Source: Methanofastidiosum sp. (GTDB lineage Archaea > Methanobacteriota_B > Thermococci > Methanofastidiosales > Methanofastidiosaceae). Taken from it: 64,000 nucleotides of DNA. Positions 1-9,697 of the stretch are shown here, in pieces (within the stretch, counting starts at the first letter, position 1; each line of letters starts with the position of its first letter). The stretch lies in NCBI GenBank assembly GCA_039679445.1, contig JBDKUY010000025.1:12362-76361 (forward strand), in the 5' to 3' direction. Below the pieces are notes generated by a model that did not search any database, was not told the DNA's origin, and saw only the letters and a program-made list of their open reading frames with translations. A program made the position numbers and the translations under genes.

Positions 1-2
1 TT

Positions 3-236
3 GATGAGGAAAAGCTTAAGGCTTCAATTCTAGCCGCTGCAAGAGAAGCAGGCGTAATGAGCAGAAGAGGGGTAGAAGACTTAATTGAAAATGTTTCTGC
101 TAGCGCCATAGCCTTTTCAAGAGGCAAAAAAGAAGTAGAAACAAAAACATTGAAAGATATGATTCTGACAGACTTAGACAAACTTGAGAAGAAAATAGCA
201 GATGCTTGGAGAGAATTTGATAGAACAAAGCAGTAA
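3..236 (+). CDS. ATP-cone domain protein, C-terminal part (5' end outside the window)
   Basis: Frame open from the window edge to TAA at 234-236. Translation DEEKLKASILAAAREAGVMSRRGVEDLIENV...KTLKDMILTDLDKL parallels the ATP-cone-like N-terminus of the next ORF. Confidence 0.5.
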   Translation, partial: DEEKLKASILAAAREAGVMSRRGVEDLIENVSASAIAFSRGKKEVETKTLKDMILTDLDKLEKKIADAWREFDRTKQ

Positions 237-333
237 ATTAGTTCTAGAAATATTCAAATATTATTTTTTGTTTATTAAATTATATTTTTTTAAAAATAAT
301 TGTTAGAAAGTATATTCGTTAAGTTTAAATGTA

Positions 334-909
334 TTGAATCCCTATTATACGTGTATGACATACGTTATTAGAAGCAATGGAAAAAAAGAGGAATTCGACG
401 GAGAAAAACTACTATCTTCAATTATGGCTGCCGCAGATGATGCTGGTATAGCGAACGAAACTGGCGTTGAAGCCATTATAAAAAATATTATGTCTAACAC
501 CATTTCTTCAGCTCAAACTCAAGAAGTGGTCCAATCCAAAACATTGAAAGATATAATATTGGCCCAATTATTGAAGATTGGAATCCAAATGGCTATCCAG
601 AAATTTGGAGCATCTAATGTAACAAAAGAAGACGTTATTAGCGAGTTAATAAATGCAGGTTTACAGATGTCAAGTAAGAGTTCAAAGACTTCCCAATCAA
701 ATGACCTTTTAAGCCAACTACTTGGTACTGGGCTACAAACATCAAGTAAGAGCTCTAATCAATCAAACGATATCTTAAGCCAACTATTGGGTACTGGGCT
801 ACAAACATCAAGTAAGAATTCAAAAACTAGTGCATCGAATGATAATCTAGAAGATATGCTGAAGACTGGGATGAAACTAGCTAACGCATGGATGAAATAT
901 AATAGATAA
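334..909 (+). CDS. Stand-alone ATP-cone domain protein with S/Q-rich repeat tail
   Basis: VIRSNGKKEEFDGEKLLSSI...KTLKDIILAQL fits the ATP-cone pattern. The likely true start is the ATG at 355. The C-terminal half is low complexity, with LLSQLLGTGLQTSSK repeated. Confidence 0.6.
   Translation: MNPYYTCMTYVIRSNGKKEEFDGEKLLSSIMAAADDAGIANETGVEAIIKNIMSNTISSAQTQEVVQSKTLKDIILAQLLKIGIQMAIQKFGASNVTKEDVISELINAGLQMSSKSSKTSQSNDLLSQLLGTGLQTSSKSSNQSNDILSQLLGTGLQTSSKNSKTSASNDNLEDMLKTGMKLANAWMKYNR
709..817 (+). repeat. Coding tandem repeat, two 43-nt copies with a 66-nt period
   Basis: 709-751 and 775-817 are identical except for 2 mismatches (ttaagccaacta(c/t)t(t/g)ggtactgggctacaaacatcaagtaaga). Confidence 0.9.
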
Positions 910-1005
910 TCTAATGCATCCAATCCTTAAACGTCTCTCCGTAAATTTATAAATTTATTTTATATTTTTAATATTTTAATAATAAATAAACTGATAAGTG
1001 ATAAA

Positions 1006-1239
1006 ATGAAATCAGACCATATTGTATCGGATACTTTACAAAAAATAAAAGATGCTGAAAAGGAACTTATCGCGTTGAAAAATGAATATCTTTCAAAACA
1101 GGACCCGTCTATAAAGGAACAAATTGAAGAAAAGAAAAGGGATATAGATCGACTTAGAACATATTACAAAGACCATGTGATGACTTCATGCAACGAAAGT
1201 TTTGAAGCTAAGAGGAGAAGGCTTTCAAAGTATGACTGA
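1006..1239 (+). CDS. Small charged coiled-coil protein, unknown function
   Basis: 77-aa ORF in an intergenic position with K/E-rich heptad-like sequence. No recognisable motif. Confidence 0.4.
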   Translation: MKSDHIVSDTLQKIKDAEKELIALKNEYLSKQDPSIKEQIEEKKRDIDRLRTYYKDHVMTSCNESFEAKRRRLSKYD

Positions 1240-1380
1240 TGTACTTATCCAACTTTTTACAAATACTGCGATATATTCCATCTAGGATACATTTTTGGTA
1301 AATCTTAGACCATTTAAATTTATAATTATATGATCTTGAAGTAGGAAAACTATTAATATATGTACTAACAAAATAGTCTC

Positions 1381-2389
1381 GTGAAGAAAATATTGCTTTT
1401 TTTAATCTTGGCAATTGTAATAATTTCAGTATCAATAGCTTACAGATCAATAACTCTAGGAGAAAGCGTATTAGACGTAAAGGGAGGATTTATTAGAGAA
1501 AATAATGTAATCTGGTCTAAATCGCCTTCCATGACACTCAACATAAATAATAATTCCATCCTTCCTAAAAAGATAGAGATTGTAGTATTAAATATAAAAA
1601 AAGGTAGCATACTCCAAAGTAAAGATAAATCTAAATTAATTAATCCAAATGAGAAAACAGTTTTGGATCTCCCGCCTCTCTCCCGAAACTCTTACGTTAT
1701 AAACTCACCCGATAAAAGTAAATTAATATTTGCAGTTGTTGGCGATTCAAGACAAGACAGTTCCAAGTACCCCTACCCCAGAGTATTCAAAAAAATAATG
1801 GAGGATATAGATTCTAGAGACATTAATTTTGTAATACATGTCGGCGATTTTGTAATCCATGAAGAAGAGAAATATTTTGAAGAATTTGAAGACATTATGA
1901 GGGATTATGACACTCCTGTTTATACCGTAATAGGAAATCATGATAGCGATATTCAGAACGGCTCATTGTATAAAGAATATTATGGCGATACATTCTATAA
2001 TTTTATATATATGGATACAAAATTTATTATTCTCGACAATTCAACGGATCTCTTAAATCAAGAGAACATATCATTTCTAGAAAATGAATTAAAATATGGT
2101 GGAGAGAAATTAGTTTTTTTACATGTGCCTCCTTTTGACCCAAGACCCTCTGGATCACACAATATGGAAGATGGAGAAGAATTTATGCAAATCATGAAAG
2201 ATAATAAGATTAGTAATGTTTTTTCTGGCAATATTCATATGTATTATCAAACTATAAGAGATAATACGAGGTATATAATCACTGGGGGGCGGAGGGTCTC
2301 CCCTGCATACAACCGAAGAAAATGGAGGATTCCACCATTACCTGATTTATGATCAAGGCAGCATACAGCTAATTAGGATGGATGATTGA
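1381..2389 (+). pseudogene. Calcineurin-like metallophosphoesterase with N-terminal TM anchor, interrupted by a frameshift near 2284-2290
   Basis: Motifs VGDSRQD, HVGDFV, GNHD, LHVPPF and GNIHMY are present. After ITGG the annotated frame gives RRVSPAYNRRKW*. The +1 frame gives GGSPLHTTEENGGFHHYLIYDQGSIQLIRMDD*, the expected family C-terminus, ending at 2389. The shift lies at ggggggc. Confidence 0.7.
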
Positions 2390-2398
2390 TCTCCTATT

Positions 2399-3382
2399 TT
2401 ATTTATCGGATTTAATACTAATTGTAAAAATTGTTCCATTTGGTTTATTGTCTTCCACTTTAATGTCGCCGTTAGATCTTTTGAGAAGCTCTTTTACTAT
2501 GTAAAGGCCAAGACCAGAACCTTTATTTTCGCCCGAACTAAAATTTTCATCGAAGACCTTTTCTTTATTATCATCTGGAATCCCTCTTCCATTGTCAGCA
2601 ATTTTTATCTCGTAGTATTCCTTCTTTTTAGAAAAAGAGATATCAATTTTATCCGCCTTTCCGTGAACAACGGCATTTCTAATAATATTATCTATAACTG
2701 AAGAAAATGTATTTTTGACTTTAATATTAAAGCTACCGTGGAGATTTATGTTAACATCATAATTCTTAACTACTTCATCAATTATATCTTTCAGATTGTA
2801 GGCACTAATATCATTATCTGAAGAGATGTCATTTTCAAATTCCCTTACCTTATTGATCAAGTCTACACTTTTATTCATTGCTTTGATGGCCTTATCTTTG
2901 AGTTTCGTGTCTTTAGTATTTAGCATCTCTAATGACATCAGAGTCACTGAAATATTATTTAATATATCGTGTCTTAATATTTTATTTAAGAGTTTCAATG
3001 TATTATTCAAATCCTTTATTTCATCTGTTTCTCGTTTTTCTTTTGTAACAGATTTAAAAAATCCAGATATAACTATGAAAAGACCAATAGAAATTAAGAT
3101 TCCTTCTAGGTAAGTATTGAAGAGTTCAGATTCTATAGTGAATTCGTCCAGAAAGTCCACCAATAATCCATAAGAAAACATTGCCCAACCAAAGGTGAAT
3201 GTTCTGATATTCAATTTAAGAACATAAAATAGCATTACTACAACTAAGAAAAGATAAGTCCCTTCAAATATTATGTTACCTCCTTTAAATGAGTCATCAA
3301 TTGGAAATGAAATAAACCAAAAAAATACTATGAAAAAACCAACAATAGAAAATACAAGAATATTAAGATTCTTTTTGATCAT
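2399..3382 (-). CDS. Membrane-bound sensor histidine kinase
   Basis: Several N-terminal hydrophobic helices. H-box LRHDILNN, N-box RNAVVHG, G1 DNGRGIP, G2 GSGLGLYIV. Confidence 0.85.
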   Translation of the reverse strand: MIKKNLNILVFSIVGFFIVFFWFISFPIDDSFKGGNIIFEGTYLFLVVVMLFYVLKLNIRTFTFGWAMFSYGLLVDFLDEFTIESELFNTYLEGILISIGLFIVISGFFKSVTKEKRETDEIKDLNNTLKLLNKILRHDILNNISVTLMSLEMLNTKDTKLKDKAIKAMNKSVDLINKVREFENDISSDNDISAYNLKDIIDEVVKNYDVNINLHGSFNIKVKNTFSSVIDNIIRNAVVHGKADKIDISFSKKKEYYEIKIADNGRGIPDDNKEKVFDENFSSGENKGSGLGLYIVKELLKRSNGDIKVEDNKPNGTIFTISIKSDK

Positions 3383-3438
3383 TTAAATCTGACTCGTAAA
3401 AAAGACAGCCAATTAAATAACTTTCGCTTTCTAGGATA

Positions 3439-4029
3439 TTACCTCATGATTTCTTTTCTAAAATATTTTCTCAAGAACCTATAAAGTTTCTTATCCCAGT
3501 TTGGTGGTGGGTCTTCTCTTTCTGTGAGTGTTAAAATATATGATATCGATTTTTTATCTAAAAGATATTCAAAGTCTTTATCTTCTATAAATCTATACAT
3601 TGCATTGAATATAGGTGAAGGTAAAGGAACGTTAAGCTTTGATAATTTAAGATTTGTAAGCATCAAAGATTTCTTTAAATATTCTCTTTCTTTTTCAGAT
3701 ATACCATGATAATCCATTTCATCTTTTCTTTTTTCCCAATCTATTTTTGCCTTTTCCCTAAACAGCTCTAAAGTACTGTAAATCCTTGGCCATCTTTCAG
3801 GATATTCAAGAAGTAATCTTTGTATGGGGATTATATTTTCCTGAATTAGTAAAACTCTTTTCTGTATCTCTTCTATGTCACTTTGGGCATAATTGACTTC
3901 ATAGTAATCAAGTTGATTTATTAGCCACGAATCCCTTCTCCCTTCAGCATTTTTTCTTCCGGAGATGGGAGCTTTATGTACCTCTTTTGAATCTTTTGTA
4001 GTTAACGGGATATTTTTATCATTTTGCAT
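3439..4029 (-). CDS. Hypothetical protein
   Basis: 196-aa ORF with coding-like composition. No motif recognised. Confidence 0.45.
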   Translation of the reverse strand: MQNDKNIPLTTKDSKEVHKAPISGRKNAEGRRDSWLINQLDYYEVNYAQSDIEEIQKRVLLIQENIIPIQRLLLEYPERWPRIYSTLELFREKAKIDWEKRKDEMDYHGISEKEREYLKKSLMLTNLKLSKLNVPLPSPIFNAMYRFIEDKDFEYLLDKKSISYILTLTEREDPPPNWDKKLYRFLRKYFRKEIMR

Positions 4030-4076
4030 TCGAACATAAAATGATAAATAAATATAAAAATATTAGTATTTTAAAG

Positions 4077-5981
4077 TCATATCCCTAGTTTTTTTCTATT
4101 CGATTCAATGTGAGAAAGGATTGCATCAGATGCTTTAATCGGATCTTTCTCAACACTTAATATCCCGCCTGTAATACCTTTACAGTCGACGGTCAAAAGT
4201 TTTACAAGATTTGGGCCACCGGTCACAGGAGGAACTGGGTTGACATAGGTATATAATCCGAATGCCAATGCAAATATCGCATCTATAGTTGCCTTCTGTT
4301 CCATATATTCTGGTGCAACTGCAACAACGGGTAAATCTGGTACAGGCACATCCCCTAACGCATTGGAAATTACACCAATTAAATCTGCAAGTCTTCCTGT
4401 GTCAGTACATGTTCCATAACTTAGTACTGGAGGGATATTCAATAGAGTACATAATTTCTTTAATCCTGGGCCTGCCTTGTCTTTAGACTCTAAGCTACAG
4501 AGCCCACCAACCTGTACTGCAGCATTTCCGCATCCAAGAGATAATACTAGTATGTCCCTTTTTATCAACTCAGTTACCATTTTTATTGTGTGAACGTCCT
4601 GGCCTGAATCTCTTAATGAAGTACAAGAAACCATTCCGGCGACGCCTCTTATTGTACCATCTTTAATTGCATTTAATAGAGGTTCAATTGTTCCACCTAA
4701 TGCTTCAACTATACTTTCAGTTGAAAATCCAACTATCGCTTCTTTAGTTGGAAGGCCTACAACAGGGTCAATTGAACTCCTTCGCTCCTTGAAGTTGTCA
4801 ATTGCCATTTGTAAAAGTGATGCGACCTGTTTCTCTGCTTCTTTTGGGAGATAATCCATTCTTTCAGTAATGCCTTCAAATGCTACAACCTCGCTTGCAG
4901 GCACCAATTTGAATTTGTATTTCTTTGCATATATTGGGTCAATCGGCATGGAACAGTTCATATCTGCCACAAATATATCTATACAGCCACTTGCCATTAT
5001 TGCTTCCTGCATAATCCAGTTGCCGGTGTATCCATAGAAAACTTTGTCCATCTCCCATCTTTGAATTATTTCTTGGCCTGTTTCAATATTTGCTATTATT
5101 CTGAGACCTTTGGCACCTATGGCCTTTGCCTTTTGTTGCCATTCCTCTTTTCTTGCAAGCTGGATCATTGCAAATCCCAAGAAAGGTTCATGACCGTTTG
5201 GTAAAACGTTGACATAATCCGGATCTAAAATTCCCAGATCTACTCTCATTTTATGGGGTCTTGGAATTCCAAAAAGAATGTCTTGAGTAAATTCATTAAT
5301 TATTTGACTTTGATACGCCATTGCTATTCCGATTCTCATTGCTTTTAAGGCTAAACTTACATAGTATCCATCTACATTTGTTAAACAAGAACTTGTGGAG
5401 AACATTATTTCCCCATGGACGCCTCCAGGGAATATCCCTAGTTTTTTCCATGCATTTTTTCTCTCGGGTGGGGCTAATATTTCTACAATTTTGCTTTGCT
5501 CAGAATATTTTCTATTAAAGTCCTCTTCAACAAAATCACAAAATCTTAAAGCAATTTCGTTAATGCTCCCACTTATATCCACTCCAAGTCGTTTAGCAAA
5601 TGATTTTAATTTTTCTGGCTCTTTTATTTGAAAAGGAGTATCGCCTTTGGCAGTTGCCCTTAGAGTTTTTATTGTTTGTTCGGTGTGATAATGGTAAGTC
5701 GAAGTACCCAATACATTCCTCAAAAGCATCATTCTCATTGCCATGCCATCTGCGGTAATCCCACAGACTCCTCTTTTATCAATTGATGCGTCAGAACGAC
5801 ATGGACCATTTGAGCAAAGGTCACATCGAACTCCACCTTGGCAAAAAGGACATCTTTTATCGGGGTCTCCCCCAAATCCTTGAGCTTCGTATCTATCCCA
5901 AATATTTGTTATATTGTCATCTTTAATTTTCTTGTACATTTTTTTTACAGATTCATGATGAGATACTCTATCGCCTTCCAT
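4077..5981 (-). CDS. cooS: CooS-family (anaerobic CO dehydrogenase fold) protein, deviant CooS-V-like type
   Basis: WDRYEAQ, CPFCQGGVRCDLCSNGPCR and GVCGITADG match the CooS N-terminus. Cys ligands equivalent to C333, C446, C476 and C526 are present (DMNCS, VSCTS, LGCGN, YGTCTD). The canonical GICCTGNE motif reads ANIETGQE. Confidence 0.8.
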   Translation of the reverse strand: MEGDRVSHHESVKKMYKKIKDDNITNIWDRYEAQGFGGDPDKRCPFCQGGVRCDLCSNGPCRSDASIDKRGVCGITADGMAMRMMLLRNVLGTSTYHYHTEQTIKTLRATAKGDTPFQIKEPEKLKSFAKRLGVDISGSINEIALRFCDFVEEDFNRKYSEQSKIVEILAPPERKNAWKKLGIFPGGVHGEIMFSTSSCLTNVDGYYVSLALKAMRIGIAMAYQSQIINEFTQDILFGIPRPHKMRVDLGILDPDYVNVLPNGHEPFLGFAMIQLARKEEWQQKAKAIGAKGLRIIANIETGQEIIQRWEMDKVFYGYTGNWIMQEAIMASGCIDIFVADMNCSMPIDPIYAKKYKFKLVPASEVVAFEGITERMDYLPKEAEKQVASLLQMAIDNFKERRSSIDPVVGLPTKEAIVGFSTESIVEALGGTIEPLLNAIKDGTIRGVAGMVSCTSLRDSGQDVHTIKMVTELIKRDILVLSLGCGNAAVQVGGLCSLESKDKAGPGLKKLCTLLNIPPVLSYGTCTDTGRLADLIGVISNALGDVPVPDLPVVAVAPEYMEQKATIDAIFALAFGLYTYVNPVPPVTGGPNLVKLLTVDCKGITGGILSVEKDPIKASDAILSHIESNRKKLGI

Positions 5982-6051
5982 TTTTACTCCTCACAAATTT
6001 ATCTTTGTTTTATTATTATATATAGGTTTTCTTTACAAAAAGAAAAATAAA

Positions 6052-6372
6052 TTAATCTGTTAAGCCCAATAATATTGCCAGATTATCCTTAGCTTTGAGA
6101 GAGTGGGGTGCATTTTTAGGCATGAAAATAAATACCCCGGGAGCCATTTCAATCTCTTCATCAACAAGTGTAAAGGTACCTGTTCCATTCAAAACTTGTA
6201 CAATTCCCGCCTTAGTTGAAGTATGCGTGTCTATATTTGTCCCAGCAGATAGACACATCAATGTATAGTTGTATGTTTTGGACAATGCCAATACAGTGCT
6301 AAAAATGCCCTCTTTTGGAAACTGCATAGTTTTATTCAAATCCTTCCAAAATCCTTTTTCCATTATATCCAT
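6052..6372 (-). CDS. Cupin domain protein
   Basis: 106 aa. G-x-x-x-D-T-H-T-S...GVFIFMPKNAPHSL fits the cupin metal-site pattern. Overlaps the upstream gene by 10 nt. Confidence 0.6.
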   Translation of the reverse strand: MDIMEKGFWKDLNKTMQFPKEGIFSTVLALSKTYNYTLMCLSAGTNIDTHTSTKAGIVQVLNGTGTFTLVDEEIEMAPGVFIFMPKNAPHSLKAKDNLAILLGLTD

Positions 6373-7196
6373 TCCTCCTTTATTATATCTCCTTTAATCC
6401 CAACTACTATTAATTTTATCGGAATCTTTCGAGTTGCACCATCTAAAGCCTTCTTGGCTATTTGAAGAAGACCAGAGCAACATGGAACTTCCATTACTAG
6501 AACTGTTAATCTGTAAATCTTTGCCTCATCTACCATCTTTCTTATTTTCTCTACATAGACATCCCTATTTGAATCAAGTTTTGGGCATGCTATTACTAAT
6601 GTCTTACCCTTAAGGAAATCTTTGTGAAAATCACCTATGGAAAAGGCTGTACAATCTGCAGCAAGCAAAACATCCTTTCCAAGAAAATATGGTGCGTTTG
6701 GTGAGATCAGATGAAGTTGAATTGGCCATTGCCTAAGTTGAGAGGACCTCTTTCCTTCCTCATTTACTTTATTTTCTTCTTTTGAGAATTCCATAATTTT
6801 TGAACCGGGACAAGATGTCCTATGTAGATGACTTTCTTCCTTAATAGGATTTTCTATGCCTTTCTCTTCAAGGAAATTTTTTGCCTGTTTTAGATATTTA
6901 TCTGCACCGTGATCCTTTAAGTGCTGAAGATGCGCCTTGATAGTATTTTTACCTTGTTTTACTATATTCTCCATTACTTTTCTTTCATCGTATTCCTCAG
7001 CTTCTCTTTCTTCAACAAATATGGCGCCTTCTGGACAGTTTCCAATACAGGCTCCAAGCCCATCACAAAATAAATCACTAACTAATCTAGCTTTGCCATC
7101 TATTATTTGAAGCGCTCCTTCGGGGCAATTGGGAACACAAATCCCACATCCATTACATTTTTCCTCATAAATATTAATTATTTCCCTCTTTACCAT
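6363..7196 (-). CDS. 2x[4Fe-4S] ferredoxin-domain protein with Cys-containing C-terminal domain
   Basis: CNGCGICVPNCP and CDGLGACIGNCP motifs, with C-terminal VPCCSG. In an operon with the cupin and upstream of the cooS-like gene. Confidence 0.75.
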   Translation of the reverse strand: MVKREIINIYEEKCNGCGICVPNCPEGALQIIDGKARLVSDLFCDGLGACIGNCPEGAIFVEEREAEEYDERKVMENIVKQGKNTIKAHLQHLKDHGADKYLKQAKNFLEEKGIENPIKEESHLHRTSCPGSKIMEFSKEENKVNEEGKRSSQLRQWPIQLHLISPNAPYFLGKDVLLAADCTAFSIGDFHKDFLKGKTLVIACPKLDSNRDVYVEKIRKMVDEAKIYRLTVLVMEVPCCSGLLQIAKKALDGATRKIPIKLIVVGIKGDIIKEEWI

Positions 7197-7272
7197 TTCA
7201 ACACCAATATCTTTTCTATACTAAGTATATAATAGATACCTATATAAACTAGTAAGTTTCTAGTTTGATACC

Positions 7273-7638
7273 ATGATCGACTGCACTATTTTCAAAACAC
7301 TTGATATTGTAGGGAAAAAATGGTCTCTTCTAATTTTATTAGAGTTATATAGGGGTGAGACTAAAGATAAGAGATTTAATGAATTAAAAAGGGGATTAAA
7401 AGGAATAACGCCTAAAATTCTCTCATTAAGGCTTTCTGAACTAGAAGATCAAGGGCTTATCGAAAAGAACATAGACAATACTAAAGTTCCAATAAAATGT
7501 GAGTATTCTCTAACTGAAAGTGGAGAAGATTTTATCTATATAATTCAAGAAATTAAAAATTGGGGCCTTAAATGGAAATTTGATAATCCTGAGTGCGTAG
7601 CTACATATTGTAAACAGTGCCAGTTGGCCCTTGAATAA
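7273..7638 (+). CDS. HxlR-family winged-helix transcriptional regulator
   Basis: GKKWSLLILLEL...RFNELKRGLKGITPKILSLRLSELEDQGLIEK is the HxlR signature. Divergent from the 4Fe-4S/cupin/cooS-like genes. Confidence 0.85.
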   Translation: MIDCTIFKTLDIVGKKWSLLILLELYRGETKDKRFNELKRGLKGITPKILSLRLSELEDQGLIEKNIDNTKVPIKCEYSLTESGEDFIYIIQEIKNWGLKWKFDNPECVATYCKQCQLALE

Positions 7639-7736
7639 ATAGGACTGCTCCTTGAGATTATTACCCTATAGTAATATATATTTTATGTTGAATAATCTTA
7701 TAATACATTAGTTAGATTAGTTATTGTTGGATTAAT

Positions 7737-8153
7737 ATGAAGAAAAAAGTTCTTTTTGTTTGCACACATAATTCAGCTAGATCACAAATGGCCGAAGGCC
7801 TATTGAATAATATTTGTGGAAACACCTTTGAGGCATATAGCGCAGGCTCGACACCCACCAGAATAAACCCGTTATCCATTGAAGCTTTGAAAGAAATAGG
7901 AATTGACATATCCTCTCATTATTCAAAAAGCACTGAAGATTTTATGAACATACAATTTGATTACGTGATTACAGTTTGTGATAATGCTAAAGAAACATGC
8001 CCATTTTTTCCTGGTGCGAAAAATTACATACACAAAAGATTTGAAGATCCTTCCGGCGTAGAAGGAACAGAGGAAGATAAATTAAATGCTTTTAGGAAAT
8101 CTAGAGACGAAATAAAGCGATGGATAATAGAATTCTTTTGTAATAATTCTTAG
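7737..8153 (+). CDS. arsC: Arsenate reductase, LMW-PTPase/thioredoxin-coupled type
   Basis: CTHNSARS P-loop plus VCDNAKETCPFFPG, which carries the second and third catalytic Cys. Confidence 0.85.
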   Translation: MKKKVLFVCTHNSARSQMAEGLLNNICGNTFEAYSAGSTPTRINPLSIEALKEIGIDISSHYSKSTEDFMNIQFDYVITVCDNAKETCPFFPGAKNYIHKRFEDPSGVEGTEEDKLNAFRKSRDEIKRWIIEFFCNNS

Positions 8154-8209
8154 ATTAGTTTAAGTTAAAAAGACTAAAATTTAAAGTCTCCACGCCTAGC
8201 ATGAAATCC

Positions 8210-9572
8210 CTAAATAAGATTGAAGTCTTCAAAAATTATATTCCTTGGTTTAACACCAATTTGATAAATTGATCTGCAAGTTCCATCGTCATTTCATTGG
8301 GGCCATATATAAAAATTAATTTATTGGTGATTTTCTCTTTGGCACCTGATAATTGAACTATATCTTGTGCAGAAAGTCTTCCGAGATCGTTTGAGGTCCA
8401 TATTCTATATCGGATGTTATTCTTATTTTTTATAATTTCTTTTATTTCTTTATCGTAGAATGCATTCGTTTCATCTTTACATTACCATAGGAAATAAATT
8501 TTATTATTTTTTGGTAAATCTTCATATTTTAACATACTAAGAAAAGGAGTTATCCCTATCCCTCCTGTAACCCATATCATATCCTTTTTTTCAAAAAGAG
8601 ATTTCTCACCAAACTTACCATAAGGTCCGTATAAATATACCGTATCCCCAACATTAACTTTTGGTAGATGATACGAAGTAAAATCCCCTGATCTTTTTGC
8701 CGAGATTCTAATCAACTCATCACTCTTAGAACTTGATATAGAAAATGGAAATATTTCAAATGATTTTTCAAGATTTAAAAACTTGATAAAGATAAATTGA
8801 CCAGGATTAAAATTCATTTTTTTGCCAAGTGTTTTAAATTTTATTTCAGTGATATCACCAATGATCTTGACATCTTTAACTTCAGCCCTTACTTTAGGGC
8901 CAATTAATTGATAGAAAAATAGCATATAGAAATATGAAATAATTCCGACTAATGAGAACATAAGAATCCATATTCTAAGTACTGGATATTGAATTATATC
9001 CCGCCTTGCAACTAATGCATGCCAGGTAGCCAATATAAGAACTATTCCCATAAACTTGTGTGTAAGGTGCCAGATTTTGGAAGGTAGCCTTATTACAAGA
9101 GTCAATACCAAAAGAATAACAAGGAGGATAAAAGAAACAATCCCATACGTATAAGGAATATTCAACCCTGGGACAATGTATGTTGATATTAAATTCAGGT
9201 TGGGAAAGACTCTAATAATTAAAAAAGAGGGTGCAGTAGTATCACAATCATTGTAATCTGCCCTAAAAAGTGATGAGCTTTGTAGACTTTATCGAGGCCC
9301 CCAAAAAATGATTCCATGAAATGCCATCTTAGTGATAAAAAAATTGTTAAAGATAATAAACATATTCCAATCAATGCCGATACTTTAGCAATAACTAATA
9401 AGAATTGAAAATTCCCACCCATCCTGTTGAAGAGCCATATTTAAAAAGTGATTAATCCAAAGAAAAATATAATCCCAAGACTCTTATACCCAAATTGATT
9501 TCGATTGATTTTGTTAAGTAATCCTAATGGAACTATTTTCTTTATATTGATTCTGGAATTTTTTCTACTCAT
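8210..9572 (-). pseudogene. Ferric-reductase-like membrane domain fused to FAD/NAD-binding (FNR-like) oxidoreductase, decayed
   Basis: Pieces at 9444-9572, 9219-9422, 8482-9165 and 8210-8481 form one protein if two in-frame TAA codons (9441-9443, 8479-8481) are read through. Two frameshifts must also be corrected: the A6 run at 9221-9226, and near 8256, which restores the GVKPRNIIFEDFNLI* C-terminus. HHFLG, HALVARRD and TGGIGITPF motifs are present. Confidence 0.7.
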
Positions 9573-9697
9573 GCTAACACTGTTATGATATCTTTATTTA
9601 TTAATAGAAACATTAATTATAAAATTAACGTAAAATTTATTATCCTTATAATTTCGCATACATTAGTAATTTAAACGAATTAATTAAGATTTGACCT

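Noticed and set aside
709-817. The repeat with 66-nt periodicity checked as a possible CRISPR or minisatellite.
   Set aside because: Only two copies are present, both in frame inside a coding region, with no repeat-spacer architecture. No CRISPR array was seen anywhere in the window.
2826-3113. Antisense ORFs from the six-frame track lying inside longer, motif-supported genes. Examples: 1208-1450, 1747-1941, 2826-3113, 3524-3709, 4289-4486, 5321-5631, 13407-13679, 16943-17179, 17474-17716, 27191-27621, 29640-29858, 31233-31505, 33239-33661, 38133-38474, 47804-48085, 50456-51178, 52848-54869, 57920-58771 and 61288-61837.
   Set aside because: Each is fully overlapped on the opposite strand or in another frame by a gene with clear family motifs or better coding character. 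Their translations are low complexity and rich in F/L/S, as expected for shadow ORFs in AT-rich DNA.
8479-8481. The in-frame TAA codons (also 9441-9443) considered as recoding or stop-codon reassignment.
   Set aside because: TAA terminates many well-supported genes in this window. The same gene also carries frameshifts, so pseudogenisation is the simpler reading.
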